A stretch of 47,212 bases of DNA, taken from the NCBI GenBank assembly GCA_036336835.1, contig JAYZFK010000048.1, forward strand, positions 1 through 47,212, written 5' to 3'. This DNA comes from Myxococcota bacterium. GTDB lineage: Bacteria > Myxococcota_A > UBA9160 > UBA4427. Shown piece after piece: positions 16,786-26,374 of this stretch (its first letter is position 1; every line of letters begins with the position of its first letter). A program made the position numbers and the translations under genes. The notes beneath the pieces are model-generated. The model worked only from the letters and a program-made list of their open reading frames with translations, had not been told where the DNA came from and ran no database searches.

Positions 16786-18609
16786 GTGACGTTTCGATTC
16801 TGTGCAAGCCGGCGGTGGACCGCAGCGCTCGCGGTCTCCGCGATCGCAGTCTCCGCGATCACCGTCACTGCCGACGCCGATCCCGCGGCGAGCGCGGCGA
16901 TCGCGGCGAGCGCGGCGGAAAGCCTCGAAGCCCAGCTCCCGGTGCGAGGCGAGCGCCCCGGCTACGCCACCTCCGACACGTGCCGGACGTGCCACCCCGC
17001 CGAGTACCGCAGCTGGCACCAGAGCTATCACCGCACGATGACGCAGGTGGCGACGGCGGACAGCGTCCTCGCCGACTTCGACGGTGTCCAGCTCGATCAC
17101 CCGCGCGCCAAACAGCGCCTGCTGCTCGGCAGCCACCAGGGCGAACTCTTCTTCCAGCTGCTCGGCCCGGTTCGCGGCCCGCCCGGGCCCGCCCCCCCGC
17201 TCGATCTCGCGAAGGCGCGACGCGTGGTGCTCACCACCGGCAGCCACCACCACCAGACCTACTGGGTCCAGGGCTACCAGCGCCAGCTCTTCAGCTTTCC
17301 GTTCAGCTGGCTCGTGGCGGACCGCCGTTGGGCGCCGCGCGAGGACATCATCCTGCGCGACCCGAGCCTCCCGATGGCCGAGGCGGGCTGGAACTCCAAC
17401 TGCGTCGACTGTCACGTGACGCCGCCCAACACGAACTGGGAGCGCCGGATCGCCGGCGCGCCAGGCGACATCGCGCAGCTCGGCATCGCCTGCGAGGCGT
17501 GCCACGGTGAGGCGTCCGGCCACGTGCGAAAGAGTCGCCCACCGCTGCGCCGCTACGCGCAGCACCTCGACACGGAACGCGACATGGGCATCGTCCAGCC
17601 GGCGGCGCTGTCCGCAGAAGCCGCGTCGCAGATCTGCGGGCAGTGCCACGCCAAGGTGCGTTTCTTGCTCGAGACGAGCCGGCCCGTCTATCGGCCCGGT
17701 GACGACCTCTCCGAGACCCGGCGCCTGGTGCCCGTTGGCCATCGCATGCAGCGGACCGCCGGGCAGGAGTTCAACGTGATGGCGGAGTCCGCCTGCTACC
17801 GCGGCGGCGAGCTCTCGTGTCTCTCGTGCCACTCGATACACGGCTACGCGGACCGCAGCGACCAGCTCAAGCCCGGCATGGATGGCGACGCCGCCTGCCA
17901 GCAGTGCCACGCCGAGGCCCAGTACACCAGCGAGATCTCGACGCATACGAAGCACCCGGCCGACTCGGCGGGCAGCCGCTGCTACGAGTGCCACATGCCG
18001 AAGGCGACCTTCGGCCTGCGCAAGGGGATCCGCAACCACCTGATCGACGCCCCGCGTGCGCAGAGCACGGACACACCGGAGCGCATCGAGCGCGTGCAGG
18101 CGTGCAGCCTGTGCCACCTCGACAAGCCGCTCGGCTGGACGGCCCAGGCCCTCAGCGAGCTGTGGGGCCAGCCGGCCGTCGAGCTCAGCGACGACGAGAA
18201 GAGCGTCGCCGACTCCGTGCTCTGGCTGGCGAAGGGCGACGCGGCGGTGCGCGCCGTGGTGGCCGATGCAATGGGGAGCGAGCCCGCGTGGCAGGCCTCC
18301 GGAAACGGTTGGATCGCGCCGCTGCTCGCCACGGCGCTCGACGATCGCTACGGGGTGGTGCGCTACGTGGCGGGGCGGTCGATCCGGCGACTGCCGGGGT
18401 TCGCGCGCTTCGAGAGCGACTTCATCGCGCCCGAGCGACGCCGACGAGAGGACCGGGAGCGCGCGATCACTCTGTGGTCACGCGGCGCCGACCGACTCGC
18501 CCGCACCGGCAGCGAGATCCTGATCGCGCCCGACGGAACGCTCGACACCGAACGCTGGGAGCAGCTGCGCGCCGGTCGCTCGACGCGCCTGCACGACGGG
18601 CTCGAGTAG
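16786..18609 (+). CDS. Octaheme c-type cytochrome (c554-like N-terminus) with C-terminal HEAT-like region
   Basis: Eight CxxCH motifs: CRTCH, CVDCH, CEACH, CGQCH, CLSCH, CQQCH, CYECH, CSLCH; N-terminal hydrophobic segment; start uncertain (GTG 16786 vs ATG 16723). Confidence 0.88.
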   Translation: MTFRFCASRRWTAALAVSAIAVSAITVTADADPAASAAIAASAAESLEAQLPVRGERPGYATSDTCRTCHPAEYRSWHQSYHRTMTQVATADSVLADFDGVQLDHPRAKQRLLLGSHQGELFFQLLGPVRGPPGPAPPLDLAKARRVVLTTGSHHHQTYWVQGYQRQLFSFPFSWLVADRRWAPREDIILRDPSLPMAEAGWNSNCVDCHVTPPNTNWERRIAGAPGDIAQLGIACEACHGEASGHVRKSRPPLRRYAQHLDTERDMGIVQPAALSAEAASQICGQCHAKVRFLLETSRPVYRPGDDLSETRRLVPVGHRMQRTAGQEFNVMAESACYRGGELSCLSCHSIHGYADRSDQLKPGMDGDAACQQCHAEAQYTSEISTHTKHPADSAGSRCYECHMPKATFGLRKGIRNHLIDAPRAQSTDTPERIERVQACSLCHLDKPLGWTAQALSELWGQPAVELSDDEKSVADSVLWLAKGDAAVRAVVADAMGSEPAWQASGNGWIAPLLATALDDRYGVVRYVAGRSIRRLPGFARFESDFIAPERRRREDRERAITLWSRGADRLARTGSEILIAPDGTLDTERWEQLRAGRSTRLHDGLE

Positions 18610-18808
18610 CCCGGGCGCTCGACGACCCGCGGTACGCGCGGCCGGCGTGGCGCGGGACGAAGGGCTTCGCGACCTGACGGCCGGCTTCCAACAAGCGTAG
18701 TGGGTTCCCCCCGCGCACCCCCTCTCCCCCTCTCCGAACCGCCCCAACCGACAAAGTGCTGTGTAGACTCGCGGCGATTCCAGGTACCACTCTCGATACG
18801 GCAGGCGG

Positions 18809-20593
18809 ATGCAGCTCACCCCGTTCATACGCCCGCGGCGCGGTGGTGTGCCCGCGCTCGGAGTTGCCACGCAGGTCGCCTGTGCAACTGCACTCGCGGC
18901 GCTCGCGCAGGCGTCCCCGCCGCCGGGCTACTACGACGGCATCGACACGCAGGACAGCGCCGTGCTGCGCGCATCGCTCCACAGCCTGATCGACGATCAC
19001 CAACGCTTCCCCTACACGTCGTCGGCGATCGACACCTGGGACATCCTCGAGCAGGCCGACGAGGATCCTCAGGATTCCGGCGCGATTCTCGACGTCTACC
19101 GGAACCAGAGCTCTGCCAAGTACGGTGGCGGCGGCGGCGGCTACAACCGCGAGCACGCCTGGCCCAAGTCGTATGGCTTCCCGGACGACGGCAGCCAGAA
19201 CTACCCCTACACCGACTGCCATCATCTCTTCCTCTCCGACGAGAGCTACAACAGCTCGCGCAGCAACAAGCGCTACGCCGGCTGCGACGCCAGCTGCAGC
19301 GAGCGGCCGACGGTTGCCAACGGCGGGGCCGGCGGCGGCAGCGGGGTCTACCCCGGCGAATCGAACTGGACGAGCACCGGCTTGTGGGAGACCTGGGCCG
19401 GGCGCAGGGGGGACGTCGCACGAGCGCTCTTCTACCTGGACGTGCGCTACGAGGGCGGGGCACACGGCGTGACCGGCGCCGCCGAGCCGGACCTCGTGCT
19501 GACCGACGATCCGTCGCTGGTGGTCACGAGCGGCACCAATGTTTCGCTCGCCCATATGGGTGAACTCTCGGTGCTACTGCGCTGGCACGTCGACGATCCG
19601 GTGGACGGGACCGAGCAGGACCGCAACGACGCGATCTTCGCCCACCAGGGCAACCGCAATCCCTTCATCGACCATCCCGAGTGGGTGGCCTGCGCGTTCA
19701 CCGCACAGTGCGGCCCAGCCGGCTCGCCGGTCCCCCCGAGCGCGCTGCTGATCGTGGCGAGCCCGGGGGCGGTCGACCTCGAGTGGGACGACAACGCGGA
19801 GCCCGACCTCGCGGGCTATGACGTCTGGCGCTCGACCACCTCGGGCGGTCCCTACACGCCGCTGACCGCGATGCTGCTCGGCGCCAGCGAATTCGTCGAC
19901 GCGACGGTCGTCGGCGGCACGACCTACTACTACGCGGTCAGCGCGGTCAACATCGCGGGCAACGAATCCGCGCTGAGCAGCGAAGCCAGCGCGACGCCCG
20001 GGCCCTCGCCGACCGGCCCCTGGATCAACGAGGTCCACTACGACAACACGGGCACCGACCAGCAGGAGGGATTCGAGATCGCGGGCCCGGCCGGCAGCGA
20101 TCTGCTGGGCTGGCAGGTCGTCACCTACAACGGCAACGGCGGCGGCACGACCGCGACCATCGACCTGGCCGGTGTGCTGACGGACGACGGAAGCGGCTTC
20201 GGATTCCTCTGGTTCGACCAGCCCTCGCTGCAGAACGGACCGGCCGACGGGCTGGCGCTGGTGGACGCCGGCGGCGGCGTGGTCGAGTTCCTGAGCTATG
20301 AGGGATCCCTCACGGCGAGCGACGGCCCCGCCGCGGCCATGACGTCGAGCGACATCGGCGTGAGTGAATCGAGCGCGGTGGCGGTGGGCGACTCGCTGCA
20401 GCTCGCGGGACAGGGAGACTCGGCGGCGAGCTTCGACTGGGCGGGGGCAGCGCCGCACAGCCACGGCACCGTCAACCCGGGCCAGCTGCTGGTGGTGGCC
20501 CCGTCGGTCCCCGCCCTCTCTGCCGGAGGCCGCGCCGCTGCCGCAGCCCTGCTGCTCGCCGCCGCGGGCCTGCGCGGGCGGCGGCGCGACTGA
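18809..20593 (+). CDS. Secreted endonuclease I family nuclease + FN3 + lamin-tail-like domain + IPTL-CTERM-like anchor
   Basis: YNREHAWPKS, DCHHL, NSSRSNK, RGDVARALFY, QGNRNPFIDHPE; FN3 (LEWDDN...GYDVWRS...YYYAVSAVN..GNESA.S); PWINEVHYDN; tail VPALSAGG-hydrophobic-RGRRR. Confidence 0.9.
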   Translation: MQLTPFIRPRRGGVPALGVATQVACATALAALAQASPPPGYYDGIDTQDSAVLRASLHSLIDDHQRFPYTSSAIDTWDILEQADEDPQDSGAILDVYRNQSSAKYGGGGGGYNREHAWPKSYGFPDDGSQNYPYTDCHHLFLSDESYNSSRSNKRYAGCDASCSERPTVANGGAGGGSGVYPGESNWTSTGLWETWAGRRGDVARALFYLDVRYEGGAHGVTGAAEPDLVLTDDPSLVVTSGTNVSLAHMGELSVLLRWHVDDPVDGTEQDRNDAIFAHQGNRNPFIDHPEWVACAFTAQCGPAGSPVPPSALLIVASPGAVDLEWDDNAEPDLAGYDVWRSTTSGGPYTPLTAMLLGASEFVDATVVGGTTYYYAVSAVNIAGNESALSSEASATPGPSPTGPWINEVHYDNTGTDQQEGFEIAGPAGSDLLGWQVVTYNGNGGGTTATIDLAGVLTDDGSGFGFLWFDQPSLQNGPADGLALVDAGGGVVEFLSYEGSLTASDGPAAAMTSSDIGVSESSAVAVGDSLQLAGQGDSAASFDWAGAAPHSHGTVNPGQLLVVAPSVPALSAGGRAAAAALLLAAAGLRGRRRD

Positions 20594-20624
20594 GCCGCGG
20601 AGCGGGCCCCGCGCCCTCCCCGTC

Positions 20625-21554
20625 TCAGGGGTGCGCGCGGCTCCAGCCCTCGATCACCTCGTCGATGTCGTCGGGCCGGAAGAACACCTCGGGCTGAGCC
20701 TTCTCGCCCCAGAGCGACCACGAATCGTCCATCGGCCAGTCTTCGCGGATCTGCCACGCGTCGTCGTCGGTGATGCGATCCATGTCGGCGTAGTACTCGA
20801 AGAAGGTGCCGCTCGGGTCGCGCATGTACCAGAACATGTTGCCACCGATCTGATGTCGCCCCGGGCCGGCGATCTGGGTGCCCTCGTGCTCGCGCAGGTA
20901 GAGGGTGGCGGCGCGGCACACCTGGTCCACGTCGTCGTGCTCGAGCGCGTAGTGGTTCAGGTACGGCACCGGTCCGGGTGTCAGCAGGAAGTTGTGGTGA
21001 TCGGGGGAGCAGCGCATGAAGAACGCGAGCCCGCCGACGATGTCCGAGATCCGGAATCCGATGCCCTCGGTGTACAGCTTGTGGCTCGCGAGGATGTCGT
21101 TGGTCCCGACGACGACGTGACCCAGGCGGCGGGGCCGACGCGGCGCCGCTTCGGTCATCAGGCCGTGGCGAGCACCGACGCGGCTGTGCTCGCCGGGCCG
21201 GTTGACCGCTCGACTGGGCTGCGTGGGAACATCGCCCAGCTCGCGGGGCTCGATCACGATCTCCCACTCGTTGACCGGGTCGCGCACGCGCAGCGCGCCG
21301 TCGCGCTGCGTCGAAGCGACGCCGATCCCGTCAAGCTTCTTGGCAATCCGCGAGATGTCCTGCTCGCCCTCGCACGCGATCCGCAGCTGGCGCAGCTGGC
21401 GGTAGGCGGCCTCGCCGATCGCGATCTGGCCCGGCTGATCCGCCGGACCCCAGCTCCGCTCGCCGCCGACCAGACCGATCTCCTGATAGAAGGCGTCGAG
21501 CGCCGCCGGATCGGGAACGCCGATCTCGATTCCGAGCAGTTGATGCAGGGCCAT
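20625..21554 (-). CDS. Two-domain VOC family protein (extradiol ring-cleavage dioxygenase-like)
   Basis: RLGHVV, CSPDHHN, NHYALE, GPGRHQIGGNMFWYMRDPSGTFFEYY; ATG 21554. Confidence 0.88.
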   Translation of the reverse strand: MALHQLLGIEIGVPDPAALDAFYQEIGLVGGERSWGPADQPGQIAIGEAAYRQLRQLRIACEGEQDISRIAKKLDGIGVASTQRDGALRVRDPVNEWEIVIEPRELGDVPTQPSRAVNRPGEHSRVGARHGLMTEAAPRRPRRLGHVVVGTNDILASHKLYTEGIGFRISDIVGGLAFFMRCSPDHHNFLLTPGPVPYLNHYALEHDDVDQVCRAATLYLREHEGTQIAGPGRHQIGGNMFWYMRDPSGTFFEYYADMDRITDDDAWQIREDWPMDDSWSLWGEKAQPEVFFRPDDIDEVIEGWSRAHP

Positions 21555-21589
21555 GGGGTCGTCCCTCCGAGTGCGGTAGCCTGGAATTG

Positions 21590-21603
21590 TAGTCAACTGT
21601 CTA
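21590..21603. promoter_or_regulatory. Imperfect inverted repeat TAGTCA-AC-TGTCTA, candidate TetR operator in divergent promoter
   Basis: AT-rich patch in the 102-bp spacer between the VOC and monooxygenase genes; 5 of 6 arm positions pair. Confidence 0.55.
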
Positions 21604-21656
21604 ACCATTTTGGAGCCGCCTGTCGAGCGTCTCCGCCGACCGGCGACGAGGACCCC

Positions 21657-22802
21657 ATGGCACGCGCGACCACTCCCGGCGGCATCGACGAGCTCTACGC
21701 AGCACTCGACGAGATCGCGCCCGAGCTCGAGGCCACCGCGCGCGAGGCGGAGACGCAGCGCAGCGCGCCGAAAGCGCTGGTCGAGGCGCTCCGCCGTGCC
21801 CGGGTGCCGATGTCGAAGGTGCCGCGCGAGCTCGGTGGCTACGAGCTGCTGCCGGCGCAGCAGGTCGGGTTCTTCGCGCGCATCGCGTACCTGAACCCGA
21901 CGGCGGGATGGCTCGCCTTCAATCAGAGCGGCGCCGCCGGCATGCTCGGCGCGGCACTCGGCGAGGCCGGGCTCGAGCAGGTGTTCGCACGCGACAGCCC
22001 CCTGCTCGCCGCGGTCTCGACACCCACGGGACGCAGCCAACGCGTCGACGACGGCGTCCGCGTCACGGGCCGCTGGTCGTACGCAAGTGGCGTCGAGACG
22101 TCCGACTGGACCGTCCTGATGACGATCGCCCAGGACCCGCCGGCACTGCTCGCCGTGGTGGTGCCGAGCAGCGCGCTCGAGATCCACGACGACTGGCACG
22201 TGGCGGCACTGCAGGGATCGGGCAGCGTCGATGTGAGCCTGGAAGATCACTTCGTTCCCGAAGCACTGACGCTCGATCCCCTGGTGCAGCAACGAGGCGG
22301 CAAGCATTACACGAGCCTCGGCTACAAGGTCTACGTCGCCGGAGAGAACGTCGGCTTCTCGCTCGGTGTCGCCCAGCGACTGGTCGACGAGGTCGCGAAG
22401 CTGGCACGGGGAAAGCGACGCATGCTCGATCCGGGCACCGTCGGCGATCGCGGCGCCTTCCAGCTCGAGCTGGGGCGAAGCGATCTCGCCTTGCGCAGCG
22501 CACAGGCACTGATGGAGAGCGAGCTCGAGCGCATCGTGGAGATCGCCAACGCGGGCGACGGCCCGGTGCCCGAGCGCGAGCTGCGCCGGGTCGAGGGAGC
22601 TCTCTCGCACGCGACCGAGACGCTGGTCGAGGCAGGCGTCCGCCTGTTTCCCTACGCCGGCGCCGGTGCCCTGCATCTGTCGAGCCCGATCCAGCGCACC
22701 TTGCGCGACCTGATCGGCTCGGGCCAGCACTTCGTCGCGTCGAACCAGCAGATCGAGGCCTGGGGCGGCACGCTGCTCGAGCCCGCGCGGGAAGACGCTT
22801 GA
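21657..22802 (+). CDS. Acyl-CoA dehydrogenase-fold flavin-dependent monooxygenase (HsaA-like oxygenase component)
   Basis: VPRELGG, VTGRWSYASG, DDWHVAALQGSGSVDV, AGAGAL...PIQRTLRD...QH. Confidence 0.85.
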   Translation: MARATTPGGIDELYAALDEIAPELEATAREAETQRSAPKALVEALRRARVPMSKVPRELGGYELLPAQQVGFFARIAYLNPTAGWLAFNQSGAAGMLGAALGEAGLEQVFARDSPLLAAVSTPTGRSQRVDDGVRVTGRWSYASGVETSDWTVLMTIAQDPPALLAVVVPSSALEIHDDWHVAALQGSGSVDVSLEDHFVPEALTLDPLVQQRGGKHYTSLGYKVYVAGENVGFSLGVAQRLVDEVAKLARGKRRMLDPGTVGDRGAFQLELGRSDLALRSAQALMESELERIVEIANAGDGPVPERELRRVEGALSHATETLVEAGVRLFPYAGAGALHLSSPIQRTLRDLIGSGQHFVASNQQIEAWGGTLLEPAREDA

Positions 22803-23392
22803 GCACGGCGGCGCCCGGGGCTCGCGGCGGACGCGACGCCGTCAAGACCGCGCTCGTCGACGCCGCCGCCGCGATGCTCAGCGAGGTCGGTCCGCGCGCG
22901 CTCACGGTGCGCGACGTGGCGCGGCGCGCGGGGGTCAACCACGGCCAGGTTCACCACTGCTTCGGGGGCAAGCGCGGGCTGCTCGAGGCCGCCATGCGGC
23001 AGCTCGCGCGCGGCCACTACGAGCACGCGCGCGAGCTCACCGGCGACGCGCTCTACCCGCCCGCGCTCTCGCTCGCCGAGGACTCGAGCTACTGGCGCGC
23101 GGTGTGCCGCGTCGTCATCGAAGGCGATCTCGATCTCGCGCGCATCGAGATCGACGAGGGCATCTCGGTCCCGCGGAACGTCTTGCGATCGCTCCAGCAG
23201 GCGCTCGAGATCGAGCCAGACGATCTCGATTTCAAGGCGCGCGTTGCCGCGATGGCGGCGCTGACGCTCGGCTGGGTCGCCTTCGAGGACTTCATGCTGC
23301 TGGTGGCCGACGTCGAGCCGGAGCAGCGCGAGGCGCTCCGCAGTCGGGTCAAGCAGCTGATCCAGGATGCAACCGAACAGGCGCTCGGCTGA
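22799..23392 (+). CDS. TetR/AcrR family transcriptional regulator
   Basis: HTH LTVRDVARRAGVNHGQVHHCFGGKRGLL; TTGA start/stop overlap with the upstream gene. Confidence 0.9.
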   Translation: MSTAAPGARGGRDAVKTALVDAAAAMLSEVGPRALTVRDVARRAGVNHGQVHHCFGGKRGLLEAAMRQLARGHYEHARELTGDALYPPALSLAEDSSYWRAVCRVVIEGDLDLARIEIDEGISVPRNVLRSLQQALEIEPDDLDFKARVAAMAALTLGWVAFEDFMLLVADVEPEQREALRSRVKQLIQDATEQALG

Positions 23393-23429
23393 GCGGCTCG
23401 GCGCGCGCCAGCCGGCGGAATCCGACCCG

Positions 23430-24209
23430 CTAGATCAGGCCCGCGTAGCTGCCGCCGTCGAGCTGGAGGTTCTGGCCCGAGATGAAGCCCGCCTGCGCGC
23501 TGCACAGGAAGGCGCACGCGTCGCCGAACTCCTCCGGCAGACCGAGCCGACCCGCGGCGATCGACTGCTTCATCTCGTCGTAGGCCTGCTCGACGGAGAC
23601 ACCGCCCAGCTTGGCGCGCAGCTCGGCCATGCCCTTCTGGCGATCGGTGTCGATGCGCTCGGGCAGGAGATTGTTGAGCGTCACGTTCGCCTTCGCGACC
23701 TCGCGCGAGAGCGCCTTGCTCACCGAAGTGAGGCCGGCGCGCGCACCCGTCGACAAGCCCATCGGCGCGAGCGGTGTCTTCACCATGGCCGAGGTGATGT
23801 TGACGATGCGACCGAAACGCCGCTCGACCATGCCGTCGAGCACGGCCCGGATCATCAGCACGGGCGCCAGCATGTTCGCGTCCAAGGCCGCGACCCATGC
23901 GTCGCGATCCCAGTCCTGCAGGCGCCCGGGCGGCGGGCCGCCGTTGTTGTTGATCAGGATGTCGGGCTCGGGACACGCTGCGATCAGTGCATCACGAGTG
24001 GCCTCGCGCGTGATGTCGCCGACGACGATCTCGACATTCACGCGGTGGCTGGTGCGAATCGCCTCGGCGGTCGCCTCGAGCGACGCCGCGTCGCGCCCGT
24101 TCAAGGTCACGTGCACGCCCTCGCGAGCCAGCGACGTGGCGCAGGCGCGCCCGAGCCCGCGACTCGATGCACAGACGATGGCCCGACGATCTGCGATGCC
24201 GAGATCCAC
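23430..24209 (-). CDS. SDR family oxidoreductase
   Basis: CASSRGLG, INNNGGPPPG, SxxxR in place of YxxxK, GQNLQLDGG. Confidence 0.92.
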   Translation of the reverse strand: MDLGIADRRAIVCASSRGLGRACATSLAREGVHVTLNGRDAASLEATAEAIRTSHRVNVEIVVGDITREATRDALIAACPEPDILINNNGGPPPGRLQDWDRDAWVAALDANMLAPVLMIRAVLDGMVERRFGRIVNITSAMVKTPLAPMGLSTGARAGLTSVSKALSREVAKANVTLNNLLPERIDTDRQKGMAELRAKLGGVSVEQAYDEMKQSIAAGRLGLPEEFGDACAFLCSAQAGFISGQNLQLDGGSYAGLI

Positions 24210-24231
24210 GCCGCTCCCTCCTCACTACCCC

Positions 24232-24303
24232 GCCAAACCCGTTGAGTCTGCCGAGCCCGTTGAATGCGTTGAGTCCGCCAAGCCCGTTGAGTCTGCCGAG
24301 CCC
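24232..24303. repeat. Composite 9-bp-period minisatellite, 8 units in pattern A-B-A-B-B-A-B-A
   Basis: gccaaaccc gttgagtct gccgagccc gttgaatgc gttgagtcc gccaagccc gttgagtct gccgagccc. Confidence 0.88.
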
Positions 24304-24309
24304 GAGGGA

Positions 24310-25578
24310 TCAGCGGTGGTTGCGGATCTGCACGTGACGCCGGCGAGCCGCTCGCGTCGCCTCGCGCTCCGCCTCGGTGACGCGCGCGTAGCCGGGGATG
24401 AGATCCGGCAGTGCCGAGGCGTCGACGAGCTTTGCCGAGGGGTGCTGCGCCTTCGGCACGTCGCCCGACACGCCGTCGTAGCGCAGCAGGAAGACGCCGC
24501 GGTCGAGGCCGCCGGTGTCGAGCCAGTTCGCGTAGCCCGGGTCCTCGCGAGCGATCACGCTGTAGTAGGCGCCGTTGGGCGCTTCGATCGATTGACTCGT
24601 CGTGAGACTCGAGACCTGGTTGGCGTACTCGAGCGACGCGAACCACAGGTCCGTCAGCTGGATCGCCTGGTAGGCGGCCGTGGTGGGCCACGTCTCGATC
24701 AGCAGCACCTTGCCGGGCGGCAGGTCGAAGGACCCGCCGGCCATCCAGCGGCCCTTCACGCCGCCGAGCGCGTAGGTATCGATCAGCCCCGACATCGTGT
24801 TGGCCGGGCCCGCTCCGACATAGCGGCGCTGGACGAACACCGGCCAGGTGGTCGCGGATTTCTCCAGCTCGGCGGCGGCTGCGCGCAGCTGCTGGGCGAC
24901 CTGCGCGGCGTCCGCGAGCGGCTTGCGCGCGCCCTCCCAGCCGACGCGGTCGATGTAGATCTCGCCCGGGTCTGCGGCGTTCCATTCGTCGTAGATCTGG
25001 CGCGCGAAGAGCTCCGTCGCGTCCGGCGGGTTCGCGAGCCAGCTGTCGTCGGACGCCTCACCGCCCACGCGAATCGAGAACGTCCCGTCCGGCGCGATGG
25101 CGATGTCTTCGAAGGCGAGGTAGCCCGCCGAACGACCGGTGCCCGCCCACGGCTGGCCGGCGTAGAGCTGCAGCTCGATGCGCCGCGCCGAGCCCAGGTG
25201 TCCCCAGACGCGGTACGCCTCCCCGCCGCGCACGGGCGTGAAGGCGTATCGCTGATCGGGATTGTCGCCGCCCTGCCGGGCCCAGAAGTCGATGATCCGG
25301 AAGTAGGGAAAGTCCGGGTCCTGGAGCACCCCGGATTCGATCGACACCTTGATCGACCTCGCCAGGTGCTGGTAGGCGCCGGCGCGCTCGGCGTCGCTGG
25401 CGAACGACGGCGACTCGCGGAGCGCCTGCTCGGAGCGCGCGAGCGCCTCGAGGAAGCTCGCAAACCCGGCCTCGAGATCGGTCTCCGTCGGCTCTGCGGA
25501 CAACGCAACCCCCGCGGCGGCGACCAGCGCCGCAACCGAGGCAATGACGGTAGCAAGTTGCGTTCTCTCGCTTCTCAT
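24310..25578 (-). CDS. Secreted protein, DUF1214-like
   Basis: Signal peptide; GGDNPDQRY, YRVWGHLG, RQIYDEW, SLEYANQVSSL, DPGYANWLDTGG; ATG 25578. Confidence 0.75.
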   Translation of the reverse strand: MRSERTQLATVIASVAALVAAAGVALSAEPTETDLEAGFASFLEALARSEQALRESPSFASDAERAGAYQHLARSIKVSIESGVLQDPDFPYFRIIDFWARQGGDNPDQRYAFTPVRGGEAYRVWGHLGSARRIELQLYAGQPWAGTGRSAGYLAFEDIAIAPDGTFSIRVGGEASDDSWLANPPDATELFARQIYDEWNAADPGEIYIDRVGWEGARKPLADAAQVAQQLRAAAAELEKSATTWPVFVQRRYVGAGPANTMSGLIDTYALGGVKGRWMAGGSFDLPPGKVLLIETWPTTAAYQAIQLTDLWFASLEYANQVSSLTTSQSIEAPNGAYYSVIAREDPGYANWLDTGGLDRGVFLLRYDGVSGDVPKAQHPSAKLVDASALPDLIPGYARVTEAEREATRAARRRHVQIRNHR

Positions 25579-25765
25579 CGCGTCGCTCCAGTTCGATTGG
25601 GGCACGCATTCTGACGCAGAGGACGTTGCCCTGCCGGCGGCGCCCGGCCAATCCGTCCACACTCGGATGCGCTGGGAAGACGCCGCGTATGCTTTCCGTC
25701 GCAGCCGTCGTCTATCCAACCACCCCCGGTGGCCGACTCGGCGAAACTCGAGGCGCAACGAGTTG

Positions 25766-26374
25766 CTATTGAGCCAGCAGCTTCGCCTTCTGCTGATCGA
25801 ACTCTTCCTGGGTCAACAGTCCCCGCTGGAGAAGCGCGGCGAGTTTCTCGAGCTCATCTGCGATCAGCACGGCTTTGTCGGGGACGGCGGTGTCGGCCAT
25901 CTCCGCATCTGGAGGGGTCCTCGCACGGATTGCGATTCTCCTTCCGAGATCGCTCACCCACACGTTGTAGTTCGGGTGGATCCTTGGGCCCTCGACCCTT
26001 GGTCTTCGAGCCCTCCCTGTCCAGGTCAGATCGTTGGGGCTGTAGTTCAAGTTGACGCTGTCCTGGTAGTCGATCCAGTAGTTCGACTCGTCGTAACCGA
26101 TCGTGACGACCGCTTCATGTCGCCGCACGACCAACGAGGCCGATATGCTCCCGGGCACCTCTCCGACGACCCGCCACTGAAGGTCGCCCATTGCCAGCTT
26201 GATCGCAGCCGCAACATCGACGAGTGGGGTTCCATCCGGAGCGAAGTGAGGAGTGGGTGGGACATTTCGAATCGTGGCACTCCTCGATGCAGCTGCATCC
26301 GGCGCGGCCAGCCAGAGCAGCGACACAGACAGGAGCAACACGGCAGAGCAGAAGCGAGATTTCGATCGATTCAT
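25766..26374 (-). CDS. Secreted protein with C-terminal SHOCT domain
   Basis: Signal peptide; IHPNYNVWV; SHOCT ADELEKLAALLQRGLLTQEEFDQQKAKLL; ATG 26374. Confidence 0.8.
   Translation of the reverse strand: MNRSKSRFCSAVLLLSVSLLWLAAPDAAASRSATIRNVPPTPHFAPDGTPLVDVAAAIKLAMGDLQWRVVGEVPGSISASLVVRRHEAVVTIGYDESNYWIDYQDSVNLNYSPNDLTWTGRARRPRVEGPRIHPNYNVWVSDLGRRIAIRARTPPDAEMADTAVPDKAVLIADELEKLAALLQRGLLTQEEFDQQKAKLLAQ

Noticed and set aside
16825..16920. Short 15-bp and 9-bp duplications at the cytochrome 5' end
   Set aside because: Ordinary low-complexity signal-peptide/linker coding (AVSAI, AAS)
24232..24303. Possible CRISPR mini-array (also considered for the other repeats)
   Set aside because: Units are 9-11 bp and contiguous, with no unique spacers and no cas genes
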